A stretch of 64,000 nucleotides of DNA from Bifidobacterium sp. (lineage in GTDB: Bacteria; Actinomycetota; Actinomycetes; Actinomycetales; Bifidobacteriaceae): the NCBI GenBank assembly GCA_022640915.1, contig JALCCT010000007.1:23482-87481 (forward strand), given 5' to 3'. Positions 49,594-59,308 of this stretch are shown here, piece by piece. The position numbers and the translations under genes are program-made. The notes under the pieces were generated by a model. That model had not been told where the DNA came from, made no database searches, and saw only the letters and a list, made by a program, of their open reading frames with translations. The stretch's first letter is position 1. Each line of letters starts with the position of its first letter.

Positions 49594-50596
49594 GAAAAAC
49601 CTGCCGTTTCATGATCTTGCGCAGTGGGCGACCAAAGCCCCTGAAGGCGAGAAGCTCATATCCACCGCATATCGCGACAAAGTGAATGAGGATCTGGAAT
49701 TCGTAGAGAGCACTCCTGGCGTGCACAAGCCTGATGCGATTCTCGTGGCCGACAACGTGACTCGCCGTTTCGGCGGTGTCACCGCGGTCGATGTGCAGCA
49801 TTTCGAGATTGAGCGCCATGGCATCACCGCGCTCATCGGCCCGAATGGCGCTGGCAAAACCACGTTCTTCAACCTCATGACAGGCTTCGACACTCCCGGC
49901 TCGGGAAGCTGGGAATTCGACGGCCGCCCGCTATCCTCTGTCTCTCCGGAACGGGTGGCGCGCATGGGTATGGTGCGCACCTTCCAACTGACCAAAGTTA
50001 TGGGCCGCCTGACAGTGCTGGACAACATGCTGCTCGGCGCGCCCGACCAGCCCGGTGAGGGAATGGTTGTATCGCTGTTTCCCTCGCGCTGGAGAAAGAA
50101 GGAAAAAGAGAATATCGAAAAGGCTGAGGCGCTGCTCAAACGCTTCCTGTTGTTTGACAAGCGAAATGATTTTGCCGGCTCCCTCTCGGGCGGCCAGCGC
50201 AAGCTGCTTGAAATGGCCCGAGCGCTGATGAGCGACCCGCAGCTGGTAATGCTCGACGAGCCGATGGCAGGCGTGAATCCGGCGCTGAAGCAATCGCTGC
50301 TCGACTGCATCCTTTCGCTTCGGGAAGATGGCACAACCGTGCTGTTCGTCGAGCATGATATGAACATGGTTCGTCATGTTGCCGATTGGGTCACGGTGAT
50401 GGCCGAAGGAAGAATCGTCGCCGAAGGCCGCCCGAAGGCTGTGATGAGCAACCCGGCCGTAGTGGACGCCTATTTGGGGGCCCGGGCCAATATCGACCTA
50501 GGAGACGACGCCGCGCTGAGTGCGTTGCAAGGCGAAGCCGGCAGGGCACCGGGGGCACCGGGCGAAGCACTGCAGAGAGAGGAGGCCGGGCAATGA
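49586..50596 (+). CDS. livG: Branched-chain amino acid ABC ATP-binding protein (LivG-like)
   Basis: GPNGAGKTT, VRTFQ, LDEPMAG, VEHDM, VDAYLG. Confidence 0.9.
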   Translation: MPEKNLPFHDLAQWATKAPEGEKLISTAYRDKVNEDLEFVESTPGVHKPDAILVADNVTRRFGGVTAVDVQHFEIERHGITALIGPNGAGKTTFFNLMTGFDTPGSGSWEFDGRPLSSVSPERVARMGMVRTFQLTKVMGRLTVLDNMLLGAPDQPGEGMVVSLFPSRWRKKEKENIEKAEALLKRFLLFDKRNDFAGSLSGGQRKLLEMARALMSDPQLVMLDEPMAGVNPALKQSLLDCILSLREDGTTVLFVEHDMNMVRHVADWVTVMAEGRIVAEGRPKAVMSNPAVVDAYLGARANIDLGDDAALSALQGEAGRAPGAPGEALQREEAGQ

Positions 50597-51402
50597 GCGA
50601 GCAACTATCGCAAACGCAACCATACGCTGCACAACCTGATGCGGGAGTAGGGATTTACGATGGCAGGCCGCTGCTTGATGCCGTCGACTTGGTGGCCGGA
50701 TATATCCCGGACGTCAACATTCTCGACGGCGCCTCGCTCGCTTTATATGAAGGTGAGATCGTCGGTATCATCGGGCCGAATGGTGCTGGCAAGTCCACAC
50801 TGCTCAAGGCCCTGTTCGGGCTGGTGCACATTTCCTCGGGCAAGCTGTTGCTGCATGACGAGGAAATCACCAACCTGCGCGCCGACAAGCTGGTCTCCAG
50901 GGGCGTGGGGTTCGTGCCACAGACTGAGAACGTGTTTCCCTCGCTCACCATCGAGGAGAACATGCATATGGGCGCGTTCCAATCTCCCAAGCTGTTCGCT
51001 GAGCGATTCGACTACGTGTGTTCGATCTTCCCGACGCTGCGCAAGCGTAAGAATCAGCAGGCGGGGTCGCTTTCCGGCGGTGAGCGCCAGATGGTGGCTA
51101 TGGGTCGGGCGCTGATGATGAAACCCTCTGTATTGCTGTTGGATGAGCCATCCGCAGGCCTGTCACCCATGCTGCAAGACGAGACTTTCATCCGTGTGCG
51201 CGAGGTGAACCGGGCCGGAGTGTCTGTGGTCATCGTGGAGCAGAACGCGCGGCGCTGCCTGCAGATCTGCGACCGGGGCTACGTGCTCGATCAGGGCCGC
51301 AATGCCTATTCGGGTTCGGGAAGGGATCTGTTGAACGACTCTAAGGTCATTAGCCTATACCTTGGAAATCTGGAGGAAGAGGTCGAGCAGGAGGGCCGCT
51401 GA
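50593..51402 (+). CDS. livF: Branched-chain amino acid ABC ATP-binding protein (LivF-like)
   Basis: GPNGAGKST, LSGGERQM, LDEPSAGL, VEQNA, LYLG. Confidence 0.9.
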   Translation: MSEQLSQTQPYAAQPDAGVGIYDGRPLLDAVDLVAGYIPDVNILDGASLALYEGEIVGIIGPNGAGKSTLLKALFGLVHISSGKLLLHDEEITNLRADKLVSRGVGFVPQTENVFPSLTIEENMHMGAFQSPKLFAERFDYVCSIFPTLRKRKNQQAGSLSGGERQMVAMGRALMMKPSVLLLDEPSAGLSPMLQDETFIRVREVNRAGVSVVIVEQNARRCLQICDRGYVLDQGRNAYSGSGRDLLNDSKVISLYLGNLEEEVEQEGR

Positions 51403-51593
51403 CGACGTGCATCTGATTCCAATGTGTTTCAGGCATTGAGCGATCTTTAATCTCGGGGAAACATAAGGCACACGTATTTGTTGCAAATCCAGCTTACATT
51501 CTGTATCCAAGGGGCGGCGGCGTGTTGTTCACCGTATCGCTTTTTGGCTGTCGCTCGCCGACCGCGGGCAAGAGAGAAAGAGTGGTGATCCAT

Positions 51594-52859
51594 ATGACTA
51601 TCAACATGACTGGCAATATCAAAAAGGCCTCGCTCGCTGCGACCGCCATGGTCGCAGCGGCAGTGATGGCCTTGGCTGGCTGCGGATCCGGCAGCTCGGG
51701 CAGCAGCTCCAACGCTTCGGGAGCGTTCGTGCTAGGCGGCCTGTTCCCAGAGACCGGCTCGTTGGCGTTCCTCGGTCCAGCTGAGGTGACGGCTTGGAAG
51801 CTCGCGGCGCAAGACATCAATGCCGCCGGCGGCGTGCTTGGCAAGAAGATCCAAACCGTAAGCGCTGATGTGTCCGATGCCGACCACGCCGACCAGAACA
51901 CGGCTGGCGCGCAGTCGGTGCTCTCCAAGAACCCGTCGGTGATTCTAGGGCCGGCGTCGAGCTCAGTGGTCAAGAACGTCTACAAGTCCATTGCCGAAGC
52001 CAAGGTTCCGCTTATCTCTATGGGTGCGACCTCGCCTACGCTTTCCGGCGTGAGTCCGTACTTCTTCCGCACGGTGCCGCCGGATTCGGTGCAGGGCGCA
52101 GTGCTGGGAAACGTGATCGCGCAGGATGGTGTCCAGAAGCTCGCCATCGCAGTGTTCAATGACGAGTACGGCACCAATCTGCGTGATGTGGTCGTAAAAA
52201 CCGCTAGTGCCGCCGGTGTTGATGTCGTCTATGGAGCGAAGGATACCTTCGACCCCACAGAGACGAACTTCTCCTCGCTGGTGACGAGCATCAAGGCCAC
52301 GAATCCTGACGCGGTGCTGCTCATCGCTTTTGATCAGTCGCAGCAGATCATCAAGGAATTCGCAGGCCAGGGAGTCGACACTCACAAGCTGTACATGACT
52401 GATGGCAACACTGCCGATTATTCGGGCAAGCTTGACGCCGGCCTGCTTAAAGGCACTACCGGAACCATCCCAGGCGCCCATCCAAGCGATGCATTCCAGG
52501 CTCGTCTGAAGACCGTCAAGTCCGACTTGGCTGATTTCACCTATTCTGCGGAAACTTACGATGGCGCCATTCTCGCGGCGTTGGCTGCGCAGAAGGGGGG
52601 CGCCACCGACGGTGCGACCGTGCAGAAGAACATGCGGGCCGTCTCCGGATCCACCAACGGCACTGAGTGCACCACATACAAGGCCTGCCTCGCCCTGCTC
52701 AAGGACAAGAAGGAGATCACCTACAAAGGCCAGTCCGGCATCGGCCCGATCAACGAGGCTGGCGACCCGAGCGCCGCAGCCATCGGCGTCTACAAGTTCG
52801 ATGGATCCAACAAGCCGGTCTACGATCACTCGCAGGAAGGCGAGGTCCCGAAGTCCTGA
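51594..52859 (+). CDS. livK: Branched-chain amino acid ABC substrate-binding lipoprotein
   Basis: Lipobox LAGC; DINAAGGVLG, FFRTVPPDSVQG, YDG; terminal gene of the liv cluster. Confidence 0.85.
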   Translation: MTINMTGNIKKASLAATAMVAAAVMALAGCGSGSSGSSSNASGAFVLGGLFPETGSLAFLGPAEVTAWKLAAQDINAAGGVLGKKIQTVSADVSDADHADQNTAGAQSVLSKNPSVILGPASSSVVKNVYKSIAEAKVPLISMGATSPTLSGVSPYFFRTVPPDSVQGAVLGNVIAQDGVQKLAIAVFNDEYGTNLRDVVVKTASAAGVDVVYGAKDTFDPTETNFSSLVTSIKATNPDAVLLIAFDQSQQIIKEFAGQGVDTHKLYMTDGNTADYSGKLDAGLLKGTTGTIPGAHPSDAFQARLKTVKSDLADFTYSAETYDGAILAALAAQKGGATDGATVQKNMRAVSGSTNGTECTTYKACLALLKDKKEITYKGQSGIGPINEAGDPSAAAIGVYKFDGSNKPVYDHSQEGEVPKS

Positions 52860-52974
52860 CCCCAGGATGTTCATTCCGGATCCGCAGCACGCTGCGGTTT
52901 GGCAGCATAGTGGTGGTTCGGCAACACGGTGTTGACTGGCAGTGTTGCTGCACGGGATGAACGGTTGTTATATG

Positions 52975-53006
52975 TGCGTCCGCTGGGCTTGTCGCCGGCG
53001 GACGCA
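52975..53006 (+). terminator. Hairpin downstream of livK
   Basis: tgcgtccgctgg...ccggcggacgca followed by ttgtt. Confidence 0.5.
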
Positions 53007-53316
53007 TTGTTATGTCGTAGTACTTCCCTGCTGAATGATGTCTGTGGACTGCGTTGAACGCTGTGGTGTTGTGCCCAATCTGTGATACGCGGCGTTTTGC
53101 CGGCGGCTTTTGCCGGTATGATGGGGATCATCAAGGACAAAATCCGCCCGTATGAACCACACGAAGACCCGGCCCTGCGTATTTGCGGCAGCATGGACGC
53201 GATATGCGCATCGGTTGGGACACACAGTATTTTCAATGGCACGGCAACCAAATCGTGCCAATAGCAGAACCCGCAACAGCGCATAAGCATGTAAGCGCAT
53301 AAGGAGTGCATATACT

Positions 53317-54372
53317 ATGGCAGCACAAATCTGGTACGAAGACGACGGCGATCTCTCCCTCCTCGAGGGCAAGAAGGTCGCGATCATCGGCTACGGCTCG
53401 CAAGGCCATGCCCACGCGCTCAACCTGCGCGATTCCGGCATCGATGTCGTCGTCGGTCTGCGCCCGAATTCCAAATCGGTCGAATTCGCCAAGGAGCAGG
53501 GCCTCGAGGTCATGAGCGTGCCGGAAGCCGCAGCCGAAGCGGACATCATCATGATTCTGGCACCTGACCAATTCCAGCGCACTATCTGGGCGGACGATAT
53601 CGAGCCCAACATCAAACCGGGCGCTGCTCTCGCCTTCGCCCACGGCTTCAACATCCATTACGGCTATATCAAGCCGTCCGCCGATCATCCGGTCTTCATG
53701 GTCGCGCCGAAAGGCCCGGGCCATATCGTGCGCCGCGAGTATGCCGCAGGCCGCGGCGTTCCGGTCGTGGTGGCTGTCGAGCAGGATCCGCGCGGCGACG
53801 GGTGGGGAATCACGCTGGCCTATGCCAAGGCTTTGGGGGCGTTGCGCGCCGGCGCCATCAAGACTACGTTCAAGGAAGAGACCGAAACCGATCTCTTCGG
53901 CGAGCAGGATGTGCTCATGGGCGGTATCAACCACTTGGTCGAAACCGGTTTCGAAGTGCTCGTCGAGGCTGGCTACCAGCCGGAGATCGCCTACTTTGAA
54001 GTGTGCCATGAGCTCAAGATGCTTGTCGATCTTATGAACGAAGGCGGCCTGAACAAAGCCCGCTGGAGCTGCTCCGACACCGCGCAGTACGGTGATTTCA
54101 TCTCACAGGTCGTCGACGACTCCACCAAGAAGCGCATGGAATATCAGCTGGGGCGCATTCAGGACGGCTCCTTCGCCAAGGAGTTCATCGACGATCAGGA
54201 TGCCGGCGCGCCGAAGTTCCGCGAGCTGCAGGAGAAGTACTCCCATGTGCAGATCGAAGAAGTCGGTCCCAAACTCCGCGCCATGTTCTCTTGGAACAAG
54301 GGCGAGGCCGATGATGCCGACGAGAACCAGTCCTTTACCGGCAAAATCGCCCGTGCGCAAGTGCAAAAGTGA
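53317..54372 (+). CDS. ilvC: Ketol-acid reductoisomerase
   Basis: [47 protein letters not shown]. Confidence 0.97.
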   Translation: MAAQIWYEDDGDLSLLEGKKVAIIGYGSQGHAHALNLRDSGIDVVVGLRPNSKSVEFAKEQGLEVMSVPEAAAEADIIMILAPDQFQRTIWADDIEPNIKPGAALAFAHGFNIHYGYIKPSADHPVFMVAPKGPGHIVRREYAAGRGVPVVVAVEQDPRGDGWGITLAYAKALGALRAGAIKTTFKEETETDLFGEQDVLMGGINHLVETGFEVLVEAGYQPEIAYFEVCHELKMLVDLMNEGGLNKARWSCSDTAQYGDFISQVVDDSTKKRMEYQLGRIQDGSFAKEFIDDQDAGAPKFRELQEKYSHVQIEEVGPKLRAMFSWNKGEADDADENQSFTGKIARAQVQK

Positions 54373-54400
54373 TTGAGCGTTATAAGTTATAACTGGCAGC

Positions 54401-54450
54401 TAAAACCGCCGTCTCTTGGCCGTATCGGTCAGGAGACGGCGGTTTTATTT
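54401..54450. terminator. Rho-independent terminator after ilvC
   Basis: taaaaccgccgtctc...gagacggcggtttta followed by ttt. Confidence 0.85.
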
Positions 54451-54581
54451 CTGATTCGCCAAGCGCATCCCGGGTCGCTGCCCGGGTTGCAGATGATGTG
54501 ACGTGGATGTGAGCACCTGCGCGCGGTAACGCGCGGCTGCGCGCGTGGGGGTGCGTCTGCGTTGCTTGCTACAGTGTGATT

Positions 54582-54674
54582 TTGCAAGACACGGGAGCTG
54601 GAAAGCTGAGAGGGAGATGCGAATCTCCGACCGTTGAACGTGACACGGCTAATACCGTCGAACGAAGTCAATGC
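54582..54674 (+). promoter_or_regulatory. TPP riboswitch (THI box)
   Basis: GGGAGC..GCTGAGA, P3 ggagat/atctcc, GACCGTTGAAC, TGA, P5 acgg-CTAATA-ccgt, CG..GAAG; upstream of a YkoE-like gene. Confidence 0.85.
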
Positions 54675-54755
54675 CTATCTTGGTGTTCCTTCTCGTGATA
54701 CCCATGCCTGCTTTCTCTTTGTAGAGCCGGTTGGCAGATATTTCAGAGGAGAGCA

Positions 54756-55538
54756 ATGTCTGCATCATCCATCAACAACGACCACGAGAACGTTCGTCAC
54801 GGCGTTCGCGTCACCGATGCCGTCGCGCACGCGCAATCGCCGAGTCCATCAACCGCAGGAGCGTCTTCGTGGCGTCTGCCTGGCAAGCCGCGGGCGACCG
54901 CGCACATATGGCATCAGCTGCGCCGTTGGCGCGCCATCGATATCACCGTGGCGTCGGTCATCGCCGTGGCGTCGGGCATCGTGTTCCGGCTTGTCGATCT
55001 CATTGCCACCGTGCCTTATGCTGCGCTTCAAGGCCTGCTGCCGGGGTTGGCCGGGCTGCTCAGTGGCTTCTGGTATTTTGCCGGCGTGCTGGCGATGCTC
55101 ATCGTACGTAAGCCGGGTGCTGCACTGTATGCCGAAACGGTCGCGGCATGTTTGGAGCTTATTCTCGGCAACCAGTGGGGAGCGGGCGGCAGTTTAGTCG
55201 CCGGCATCGCGCAGGGCCTGCTCACTGAAATCGCGTTTCTTGTTCTGGCGTACCGGCATTGGAATGCCTGGGCTGCGGTGCTGGCAGGCATATTCGCCGC
55301 GCTCGGAGGATTGGGATATTCTTTCGTCACTGCGTATGCAGGCATCAATGTCACCGGGGCTTTCGCCATCACGAATATCTTGAGCAATGTCGTGTCTGGA
55401 GCTGTTGTTTCAGGCGCCCTGATGTGGCTGCTGTACCGGGGCATCGCGCGCACAGGAGCCTTGTCGCGTTTCGAATCGGGTCGTGAATCGGCGGCGGTTT
55501 CGGACGCGGATATTCGGCAATCAGATAATAACCGATAA
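54756..55538 (+). CDS. ykoE: ECF transporter S component, YkoE-like (thiamine/HMP precursor)
   Basis: WR..DITVASVIAVASG, G.W, IVRKPGAALYAE, GNQWG, QG...E, TGALSRFESGR; TPP riboswitch upstream. Confidence 0.85.
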   Translation: MSASSINNDHENVRHGVRVTDAVAHAQSPSPSTAGASSWRLPGKPRATAHIWHQLRRWRAIDITVASVIAVASGIVFRLVDLIATVPYAALQGLLPGLAGLLSGFWYFAGVLAMLIVRKPGAALYAETVAACLELILGNQWGAGGSLVAGIAQGLLTEIAFLVLAYRHWNAWAAVLAGIFAALGGLGYSFVTAYAGINVTGAFAITNILSNVVSGAVVSGALMWLLYRGIARTGALSRFESGRESAAVSDADIRQSDNNR

Positions 55539-55579
55539 ACGATAGCAATAAAAGGCAATGAGATAATTAAGGAGCAATT

Positions 55580-56548
55580 ATGCTTTCAGTACGACTCGAA
55601 TATGTTCATCCGTGGACGAACCACGCCGGCATGTACTTGGCGCGGCAGCGCGGATTTTATCAGGAATACGGCCTTGACGTGGAGTTCACGAGCGGTGATA
55701 CCTTCCGCGGCGACCCCGCCTACCTGCTGGCGCGCGGCGAGTACGATATCGCGCTGGTCAGGCTCAACCAGCTGCTGTTCCACCAGCAGGGCGAGGCGTC
55801 GCTGATCTCCGTCGCGGTGATGAACCAGTGCCAGATCGGCGGCATCATCACCAATAAGGGCACCGGAATCGCGCGGTTCCGCGATTTGGAAGGCAAGCGC
55901 GTATGCATTCCGATGGGCGTGAAGCGGCTGTACACCGAGCTTGAGGAGGCGGTAAGCAAGGACGGCGGCGATTTCTCCAAGGTCGTCACCATCGATCCGG
56001 GCGAGTGGGAGCCGGACATCCGCGCGGTCGAACGCGGCAAATGCGACGCCTTCATCAACGTCGCATGGTGGGAGCCGTTCCAAGGCTCGCAGGGCTTCGA
56101 CCAGGTCGTGACGCTGCCCTTCGATTCGATCGGCGTGGCGCCGCACCACTCGTATTACGTGTGCGTGCGCCGGGAGTTCCTCGACCGCAACCCGAACCTG
56201 GTGAGGAACTTCCTCGATGCGACCGTGCGCGGCTACAATCTGGCTGGCAAAGACCCGCAGGCCGGCGTTGACGCCCTGCAGCCGGCGCTGTGCCACATCG
56301 ACCCGGACGTGCTTGCCGCCTCGCTCGCCGCCGTGACCCCGTCCTGGTACGACCCGCAGGGCCGCTGGGGCACCGCCAACCTCGACACCGTGCGCTCGTA
56401 CACGCGCTGGATGGCCGAACGCGGCCACCTGAGCGTTCCGCTGGAGCAGGCCGAGCAGAGCCTCGAAGGCCATTGCGTCACCAACGCCTTCCTGCCGCAG
56501 GCTGCTGAGCAAGCCCCCGCGGTGATGCCGATGCCCGAAGTCGGGTGA
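55580..56548 (+). CDS. NMT1/THI5-like (ThiY/SsuA fold) substrate-binding-type protein lacking a signal peptide
   Basis: NHAGMYLARQRGFYQEYGLDV, DLEGKRV, NP.LVRNFL.AT.RGY, TNAFLP; AAGGAG RBS directly before MLSVRL. Confidence 0.8.
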   Translation: MLSVRLEYVHPWTNHAGMYLARQRGFYQEYGLDVEFTSGDTFRGDPAYLLARGEYDIALVRLNQLLFHQQGEASLISVAVMNQCQIGGIITNKGTGIARFRDLEGKRVCIPMGVKRLYTELEEAVSKDGGDFSKVVTIDPGEWEPDIRAVERGKCDAFINVAWWEPFQGSQGFDQVVTLPFDSIGVAPHHSYYVCVRREFLDRNPNLVRNFLDATVRGYNLAGKDPQAGVDALQPALCHIDPDVLAASLAAVTPSWYDPQGRWGTANLDTVRSYTRWMAERGHLSVPLEQAEQSLEGHCVTNAFLPQAAEQAPAVMPMPEVG

Positions 56549-56575
56549 GAAGTAGCTGGGGTATAGCGCAATGGT

Positions 56576-56642
56576 CAGGAAGGCGGCGTCGGGCTTGTAT
56601 TCCGGGCTTGTGCATCAAGCTTTACGTAAAGCCGCCTTCCTG
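56576..56642. terminator. 12-bp stem closing the thiamine operon
   Basis: caggaaggcggc...gccgccttcctg. Confidence 0.45.
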
Positions 56643-56831
56643 CAAATCCTGTGAGGCGTTCCTGGATGCGGGTTCAGGGATCTAGGACGTTAGCCGCTGT
56701 CGTTTCCGCAATTGGCCTGCGACGGGATGCCTCACTGTTGCTAAGAATAACCAGAACGAGTATGGAAAGTAACAGCATAGGGAGGGGGTGCGGACGGAAT
56801 GTTGGGGACTGGGATGGTGAGGAGTCTGGTC

Positions 56832-57324
56832 TTGTATAGCGATTGTGAGCGGCGGCGTGCGGTGGACGCGTATTTCGAGTGGGGTGTTGGTCTGAGGGCG
56901 GCGGTGGAGCGGTTGGGTGGCTGGCCGGGCACGAATACGCTGGCGGTCTGGGTGCGGCTCGACCCGCGTTTCCGTTCGCGTTGCGGCAGGCCGCGTGTGC
57001 CCGCCGGACTCAGGGCCGGCGCGGTGATGGCGTATCGTGGGGGCAAGAGCCTTGCGCGCCACGGCGCGCGAGTACGGCGTGAGCGCCATGTCGGTGAGAC
57101 GCTGGGCCGGGGAATACGACTCGCCGTTTGCCTGCGGCGGGCGTTCGCAAGGAGGTCCCATGACGTCCCATGACGACGGCCTGCCGGATGATCCGGAGGA
57201 GCTCAAGCGCATGGTCCGTGACCAGCGGTTGGAGAACGACCTGCTTAGGGAGGTGGTGGCGTTGGTAAAAAAGACCCGGCCGCCGATCCGGGGCGGCTGG
57301 GCGACCGGGAGAAGACGGCGATAA
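56832..57324 (+). pseudogene. IS3 OrfA (HTH) broken by a frameshift near 57051
   Basis: MYSDCERRRAV..WPGTNTLAVW in one frame; LRATAREYGVSAMSVRRW..LPDDPEELK..LENDLLRE in the next. Confidence 0.75.
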
Positions 57325-58175
57325 CGGATCGGTTGCGCCCGACGTATTCGCTGACCTGTTTGGCCTCTAGACTCTCACTGGCCCTGAGCTCGTATCATTA
57401 CCATCATGCGCGGCTGGAGCTTGACAAATACGATTGGCTGCGGCCACTGGTGCGCGCGGCGTTCGAAAAGGCCCACGCCCGCTACGGCTCCCGTCGTATC
57501 CACGCCGTGCTGAAACGGGATGGGACGGTGGTCTCGGAGAAGGTGGTGCGCCGCGTCATGCGCGAGGAGGGATCGCAGGCCCGCTCCTCCAGGAAGAGCC
57601 GTCATTACAGTTCGTACATCGGCGAATGCTCGCCAGACCCCGACAACCTTCTGGACCGTGGCTTCCGCGCTGAGACGCCCAACCGGAAGTGGCTCACCGA
57701 CATCACCGAAATCAAAGCCAGTGACGGCAAGGTCTATGTGAGCCCCATCCTCGACTGTTATGACGGGCGCATCATCGCCTATTCGATCGGCCGGCATGCG
57801 GACGCCGGTCTGGCGAACTCGTCGCTCGAGAAGGCCATAGCGACCCTGCCTTCATATGGCTTCCGGCCCATCGTGCACTCGGACCGCGGGGGCCACTACC
57901 GGTGGCCCGGATGGATCGGCCTGATGCAGAAGGCCGGTCTCAGGCGTTCGATGAGCGCCAAGGGCTGCAGTCCGGACAACAGCGCCATGGAGGGCTTCTT
58001 CGGCCGCATGAAGACCGAGGCCGTCTATCCCGAACACTGGCACAAGCTCACCTGCCGCCAGGTAATTAGCAAAACCCATGAATATATTACCTGGTACAAC
58101 ACGACCCGCATCAAACAGTCCCTGGACTACCAAAGCCCCGACCAACACCCCAGGACTCTCGGCCTCATGGCATAA
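57267..58175 (+). CDS. IS3 OrfB DDE transposase (reached by -1 frameshift)
   Basis: YGSRRI, WLTDITE, HSDRG, DNSAMEGFFGRMKTE, YN..RIK.SL.YQSP. Confidence 0.88.
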   Translation, partial: KKDPAADPGRLGDREKTAITDRLRPTYSLTCLASRLSLALSSYHYHHARLELDKYDWLRPLVRAAFEKAHARYGSRRIHAVLKRDGTVVSEKVVRRVMREEGSQARSSRKSRHYSSYIGECSPDPDNLLDRGFRAETPNRKWLTDITEIKASDGKVYVSPILDCYDGRIIAYSIGRHADAGLANSSLEKAIATLPSYGFRPIVHSDRGGHYRWPGWIGLMQKAGLRRSMSAKGCSPDNSAMEGFFGRMKTEAVYPEHWHKLTCRQVISKTHEYITWYNTTRIKQSLDYQSPDQHPRTLGLMA

Positions 58176-58223
58176 TCACCACCACAACAACAAAACACCA
58201 CCAAGAAAACATCCGCACCCCCT

Positions 58224-58820
58224 TGTCTTGCTGTATTGCCAGCGTTCGCGTTGGTTGAGCAGCATATAGCAGGGATAGATTGATCCATCCGCCGCTGCAG
58301 TGATTGTGTTTTGACCGAGCTTGCACCACACCGTATTGTTGCTTGGCGCAAATAGATTGCGCAGTGCAGTCTGTGCTAAGAATTGTTTGGCTGGTTCTTG
58401 AGAATCCACACAGTCGGCAAATAAATCGCATGTATCAGTTCGTAGTTGCTTTGCAAAAGTCCATTCATTTTTTATTTCATCTTGGGCGAACCATCCGCAG
58501 ACAGGTACAACATCTACCCATGAAGCATCGAAGTCATGGATGAGGAAGTTCACAATGTTTTCTATTGTGTATCCCTGTTCCATCTCATAAGGCGTGTATA
58601 TGCTCTCAAAACCGTCTGGAGTGATTCCATTTTTCGCAAGTGTATCGATATTCGCTACGATACGGTCAAAAGAACCTTTGCCGTTCGCGAATTTCCGATA
58701 CATATCATGTATTTTCTGGGGACCGTCGATCGAAACAGTAAAACTGATGTGGTTCTCCCTGATCAGCTCGATAAGCCCTTTGGTCAGCACTGTCATGTTC
58801 GTCACCCCCCCTTTTTTCAT
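58224..58820 (-). pseudogene. Radical SAM/SPASM protein fragment (peptide maturase or anSME-like), truncated at both ends
   Basis: VTN, VSIDGP..IHD.YR.F.NGKGSFDRI, SPASM start C..G.......ADG.IYPC; no CxxxCxxC; 3' end cut by the IS; low GC. Confidence 0.8.
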
Positions 58821-59308
58821 CTAGCATCTCCAGACCGTCGTTGTCTGGTTACACACGTAATAAGCGTTATTTGTTTCATTCATGTTACTTATAAATTTTG
58901 TTTTTATTTCTGAAACGTGATGGTTCTAGCGCTGAAAAGCATGTCCTTCCGATGGCGTTATTCCGGGTAGGAAGTGCTGCTCGAGTCGGATAGTTGCGAA
59001 TGACGGCGACAACCCATACTGGTGCAAAACACAGCAGACGGATTGAAGATCTTTCCGGTTATCTCTCGGCCTGGAGCATTCGTTCATACGTGTCGCAAGC
59101 ATCCGCAATCGCATATCCTGAAGTTCGTATCGCCCAAAAGGTCTATAGTATACACAGTAAAAAATTTATAGTGTGAGGTAATGTAAAGACAGTAGGCATG
59201 CGCTGACCGGAAGTTGACGCGCGCTTGACAGGAACGTTTTGGAGCCCTGCGGGATATGTGGAAATCTGTTGTGTTGCAGTCGTAGGGGTGGAGAGGGAAA
59301 GAAGCGAT

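Larger units (their letters stand above)
56783..58223 (+). mobile_element. IS3-family insertion sequence (about 1.44 kb), probably inactive
   Basis: Terminal inverted repeats AGGGGGTGCGGA / TCCGCACCCCCT; orfA-orfB layout; A6G slippery site at 57267-57273; no flanking direct repeat. Confidence 0.88.

Noticed and set aside
55580-56548. THI5-type HMP-phosphate synthase
   Set aside because: The PLP-binding Lys, substrate His and CCCxC motif are not present
56557-56580. TGGGGTATAGCGCAATGGT resembling a tRNA 5' end
   Set aside because: No anticodon arm, TTCRA T-loop or matching acceptor 3' strand
58926-59114. 62-aa Cys-containing ORF as RiPP precursor
   Set aside because: No leader/core organisation and only a weak RBS; cannot be supported from sequence alone
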